DNA of 62,571 bases, from positions 1 through 62,571 of the forward strand of contig JBATIF010000240.1 in NCBI GenBank assembly GCA_049667605.1. Direction: 5' to 3'. The notes below the pieces were generated by a model that saw nothing but the letters and a program-made list of their open reading frames with translations, made no database searches and had not been told where the DNA came from. Shown piece by piece: positions 59,540 to 62,571 of the stretch (position 1 is the first letter of the stretch; each line of letters begins with the position of its first letter). The position numbers and the translations under genes were made by a program. Source of the DNA: Gammaproteobacteria bacterium. GTDB taxonomy: Bacteria; Pseudomonadota; Gammaproteobacteria; UBA9214.

Positions 59540-60811
59540 ATGAGCAATGATCGTAGCGGCAAGGGTGAAGACGGCAAGCTGCTCTACTGTTCTTTCTGTG
59601 GCAAAAGCCAGCATGAAGTGCGCAAGCTGATAGCAGGTCCCTCCGTCTTTGTCTGTGACGAGTGTGTCGAGCTCTGCAACGATATTATCCGTGAGGAAAT
59701 GCAGGAAAAGGCCGCCTCTGGCGATGCAAAACTGCCAAAGCCCCAGGAAATTAACGAGATCCTCGATGAATATGTGATCGGTCAGAGTGCCGCCAAGAAG
59801 GTGCTTGCTGTTGCTGTTTACAATCACTACAAGCGGCTTGAATTCAAGAGCAAGAAAGATGGAGTAGAGCTTTCCAAAAGCAACATCCTGCTGATCGGTC
59901 CAACCGGTTCCGGCAAAACCCTTTTGGCAGAAACGCTGGCCCGTTTACTGGATGTTCCTTTCACCATTGCAGATGCTACAACCCTGACTGAAGCCGGTTA
60001 CGTGGGTGAGGATGTTGAAAACATCATCCAGAAACTGTTGCAGAAGTGTGATTACGATGTGGACAAGGCACAGACGGGCATAGTCTATATTGACGAAATC
60101 GACAAGATTTCCAGGAAGTCTGATAACCCCTCGATTACCCGTGATGTGTCCGGCGAAGGTGTGCAGCAGGCGCTGCTTAAACTTATCGAAGGCACGGTTG
60201 CTTCCGTGCCCCCACAAGGCGGTCGCAAACATCCGCAGCAGGAATTCCTGCAGGTTGATACCTCGAATATTCTTTTTATTGTTGGCGGGGCGTTTGCCGG
60301 TCTCGACAAGATTATCCGTGGGCGTTCCGAAACCGGTGGTATCGGTTTCTCAGCCGAGGTGAAGAGCAAGGATGAAGAGGCCAATCTGGGCGAAATCCTC
60401 TACGATGTGGAACCTGAAGACCTGATCAAATATGGCCTGATACCGGAGTTTGTCGGTCGCCTGCCGGTTGTGGCAACACTGGAAGAGCTTGATGAGGATG
60501 CCCTGGTGCAGATCCTCACGGAACCGAAAAATGCCCTTACCAAGCAGTATGAGAAACTCTTTGAAATGGAAGGCTGCGAGATCGAGTTTCGAGAGGATGC
60601 CCTGAGGGCTGTCGCGACCAGGGCGATGGCACGAAAAACCGGTGCCCGCGGTTTACGCACCATTCTCGAGCAGGTGCTGCTCGATACCATGTACGATTTA
60701 CCCTCCATGGATAACGTCAGAAAAGTGGTCATTGATGAGAGCGTTATCTTGGGTAACACCAAACCCTATATGATTTTTGACGCTTCGGAACAGTTGGCTG
60801 CGTCCGAGTAG
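59540..60811 (+). CDS. clpX: ATP-dependent Clp protease ATP-binding subunit ClpX
   Basis: It has an N-terminal Zn-binding domain (CSFCGK...CDECVELC) and Walker A GPTGSGKT. Confidence 0.95.
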   Translation: MSNDRSGKGEDGKLLYCSFCGKSQHEVRKLIAGPSVFVCDECVELCNDIIREEMQEKAASGDAKLPKPQEINEILDEYVIGQSAAKKVLAVAVYNHYKRLEFKSKKDGVELSKSNILLIGPTGSGKTLLAETLARLLDVPFTIADATTLTEAGYVGEDVENIIQKLLQKCDYDVDKAQTGIVYIDEIDKISRKSDNPSITRDVSGEGVQQALLKLIEGTVASVPPQGGRKHPQQEFLQVDTSNILFIVGGAFAGLDKIIRGRSETGGIGFSAEVKSKDEEANLGEILYDVEPEDLIKYGLIPEFVGRLPVVATLEELDEDALVQILTEPKNALTKQYEKLFEMEGCEIEFREDALRAVATRAMARKTGARGLRTILEQVLLDTMYDLPSMDNVRKVVIDESVILGNTKPYMIFDASEQLAASE

Positions 60812-60869
60812 TTCAATTACATCCATATAATCAGCAACTTGTATTGCTTGCTGGCCAATGTAGTCATAT

Positions 60870-60884
60870 TGGCACACTCCTTGC
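60870..60884 (+). promoter_or_regulatory. Perfect sigma-54 core promoter motif in the clpX-lon intergenic region
   Basis: TGGCAC-actcc-TTGC has GG(60871-60872)-N10-GC(60883-60884). It has the same orientation as lon and lies about 190 nt upstream of its ATG. Confidence 0.35.
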
Positions 60885-60911
60885 CTTATTATTACTGCCT
60901 GTCCGGAAATG

Positions 60912-60940
60912 CTTGAACTCTATCAATCTGCCCCAACCTA
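60912..60940 (+). promoter_or_regulatory. Sigma-32 (heat-shock)-like promoter upstream of lon
   Basis: CTTGAA(60912-60917)-N13-CCCCAACCTA(60931-60940) compares with the consensus CTTGAA-N13-15-CCCCATNTA. lon is a classical RpoH regulon member. Confidence 0.35.
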
Positions 60941-61075
60941 ATACTTGAGGGCCAGTATCAATATCAGCATAGACAGGCAGGGTGCCGGGCGTTAGAAGTT
61001 GCGAAAAAATTCTGACGCGATGACAGGAAATATCCCGGTGGTACATCACTTATTAATAAATGGATGGACAATGAC

Positions 61076-62571
61076 ATGACAGATCAATCAACAAGCGCGA
61101 TACCGGTTTTGCCACTGAGAGACGTTGTCGTCTACCCGCACATGGTGATCCCGCTTTTTGTTGGCCGGGAAAAATCGATAAATGCACTCGATACGGCGAT
61201 GCAGGAAGACAAGAAAATCCTGTTGATCGCGCAGAAAAATGCCGAGATTGATGACCCTGCGGTCGAGGATATTCACGAAATCGGAACGCTGTCCACCATC
61301 CTGCAGCTGCTGAAATTACCCGATGGAACCGTCAAGGTGCTGGTTGAGGGTGCCGAGCGCGTGCGTGTTACCGGTTATGAAAATACCGATGCTTTCTTCA
61401 CGGCGAATATCGAGACACTGATATCCGATGAGGAAAGTGACGAACAGGAACTGGAAGTCCTGACCCGTTCCTTGATGGCAATGTTTGAGCAGTACGTCAA
61501 GCTCAACAAAAAAGTGCCTCCCGAAATTCTGACATCATTGTCCGGTATCGACGAGCCTGGGCGTCTGGCCGACACAATTGCGGCACATATGTCACTCAAG
61601 CTGGAAGAGAAACAGAAAATTCTCGAGATTAACAATCGTCGTGAACGACTTGAGCGTTTGATGGTCCTGATCGAAGGCGAAATCGATATCATGCAAATCG
61701 AAAAACGTATTCGAGGCCGCGTCAAGCAGCAAATGGAAAAGAGTCAGCGCGAGTATTACCTGAATGAACAAATGAAGGCCATTCAGAAAGAACTCGGCGA
61801 CATGGATGATGTACCCAATGAGCTGGAAGAGCTGGAACAAAAGATCAAAAAAGCAGGCATGAGTAAAGAGGCCAAGGAAAAGGCGACCTCGGAAATGAAC
61901 AAGCTGAAAATGATGTCGCCGATGTCTGCCGAGGCGACTGTTGTCAGGAACTACATAGACTGGCTGGTGAGTGTGCCATGGAAGAAACGCACCAAGATTT
62001 GCCATGATCTGACTGTTGCAGAGGATGTGCTTGAAGCCGACCACTATGGTCTGGAGAAGGTGAAAGAGCGTATCCTTGAATATCTGGCGGTACAGCAGCG
62101 TGTCAAGAAACTGAAGGGACCAATCCTTTGCCTGGTGGGTCCGCCGGGTGTTGGCAAGACTTCCCTGGGCCGTTCCATCGCGCGTGCAACCGGACGTAAA
62201 TTTACCCGTATGTCACTTGGCGGAGTGCGTGACGAGGCTGAGATACGCGGTCATCGCCGTACTTATATCGGTTCATTACCTGGCAGGATAGTACAGAACC
62301 TTGCCAAGCTGGGCGCGCGCAATCCACTGTTTTTGCTTGACGAACTTGACAAGATGTCCATGGATTTCCGCGGTGATCCGTCATCCGCCCTGCTGGAAGT
62401 GCTGGATCCCGAGCAGAACAATTCTTTCAATGACCATTACCTGGAAGTCGATTTTGACTTGTCAGATGTCATGTTCGTGGCAACCGCAAACAGCATGAAT
62501 ATACCGGCACCCCTGCTGGACCGTATGGAAGTCATACGCATTCCGGGATACACGGAAGACGAAAAAATCAA
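61076..62571 (+). CDS. lon: Lon protease (N-terminal about 498 aa; truncated by window edge)
   Basis: Hand translation gives [34 protein letters not shown]..., Walker [10 protein letters not shown] and, at the window end, [19 protein letters not shown]. The ORF is open to the end of the window and is absent from the ORF track. Confidence 0.95.
   Translation, partial: MTDQSTSAIPVLPLRDVVVYPHMVIPLFVGREKSINALDTAMQEDKKILLIAQKNAEIDDPAVEDIHEIGTLSTILQLLKLPDGTVKVLVEGAERVRVTGYENTDAFFTANIETLISDEESDEQELEVLTRSLMAMFEQYVKLNKKVPPEILTSLSGIDEPGRLADTIAAHMSLKLEEKQKILEINNRRERLERLMVLIEGEIDIMQIEKRIRGRVKQQMEKSQREYYLNEQMKAIQKELGDMDDVPNELEELEQKIKKAGMSKEAKEKATSEMNKLKMMSPMSAEATVVRNYIDWLVSVPWKKRTKICHDLTVAEDVLEADHYGLEKVKERILEYLAVQQRVKKLKGPILCLVGPPGVGKTSLGRSIARATGRKFTRMSLGGVRDEAEIRGHRRTYIGSLPGRIVQNLAKLGARNPLFLLDELDKMSMDFRGDPSSALLEVLDPEQNNSFNDHYLEVDFDLSDVMFVATANSMNIPAPLLDRMEVIRIPGYTEDEKI

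Overview
This 62.6-kb window is a gammaproteobacterial chromosomal segment. It is mostly core housekeeping genes in Pseudomonas/Chromatiales-like synteny.

**Gene order, left to right**
- tRNA-Arg(CCT, truncated by the window edge) and tRNA-Ala(CGC).
- A compact motility/biofilm regulator cluster: an FlgM-like mini-ORF missing from the ORF track, fleQ, a globin-coupled PAS-GGDEF-EAL protein, fleN, fliA and a GYF-domain protein.
- amrA and amrB.
- A glycogen cluster: glgB, glgC, a GH57 enzyme, malQ and glgP.
- tRNA-Leu(CAA), then queA-tgt-yajC-secD-secF and suhB.
- An ECF sigma / ZAS anti-sigma / DUF3106 operon led by a His/Arg-rich secreted protein.
- psd, PCuAC and SCO copper chaperones, prmB, aroC and an MFS transporter.
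- leuCDB-asd-fimV, an EcfT/CbiQ-like membrane protein, then truA-trpFBA-accD-folC-dedD-cvpA-purF-metZ.
- A MOFRL glycerate kinase, lpxH-ppiA, cysS and folD.
- A tRNA cluster (Pro, Arg, His, Lys, then Leu), then tig-clpP-clpX-lon (lon truncated by the window edge).

I saw no CRISPR array, transposase, integrase or phage genes.

**Most interesting observations**
1. The fleQ / globin-PDE / fleN-fliA regulatory module has candidate sigma-54, FleQ-box-like and sigma-28 promoter elements.
2. The His-rich protein leads the ECF operon.
3. The metZ leader is riboswitch-like, with mutually exclusive terminator and antiterminator helices.
4. A perfect sigma-54 core promoter and a sigma-32-like promoter lie upstream of lon.
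5. An orphan EcfT-like gene sits between fimV and truA.

All functional calls come from motif and architecture recognition by eye. No database search was run.
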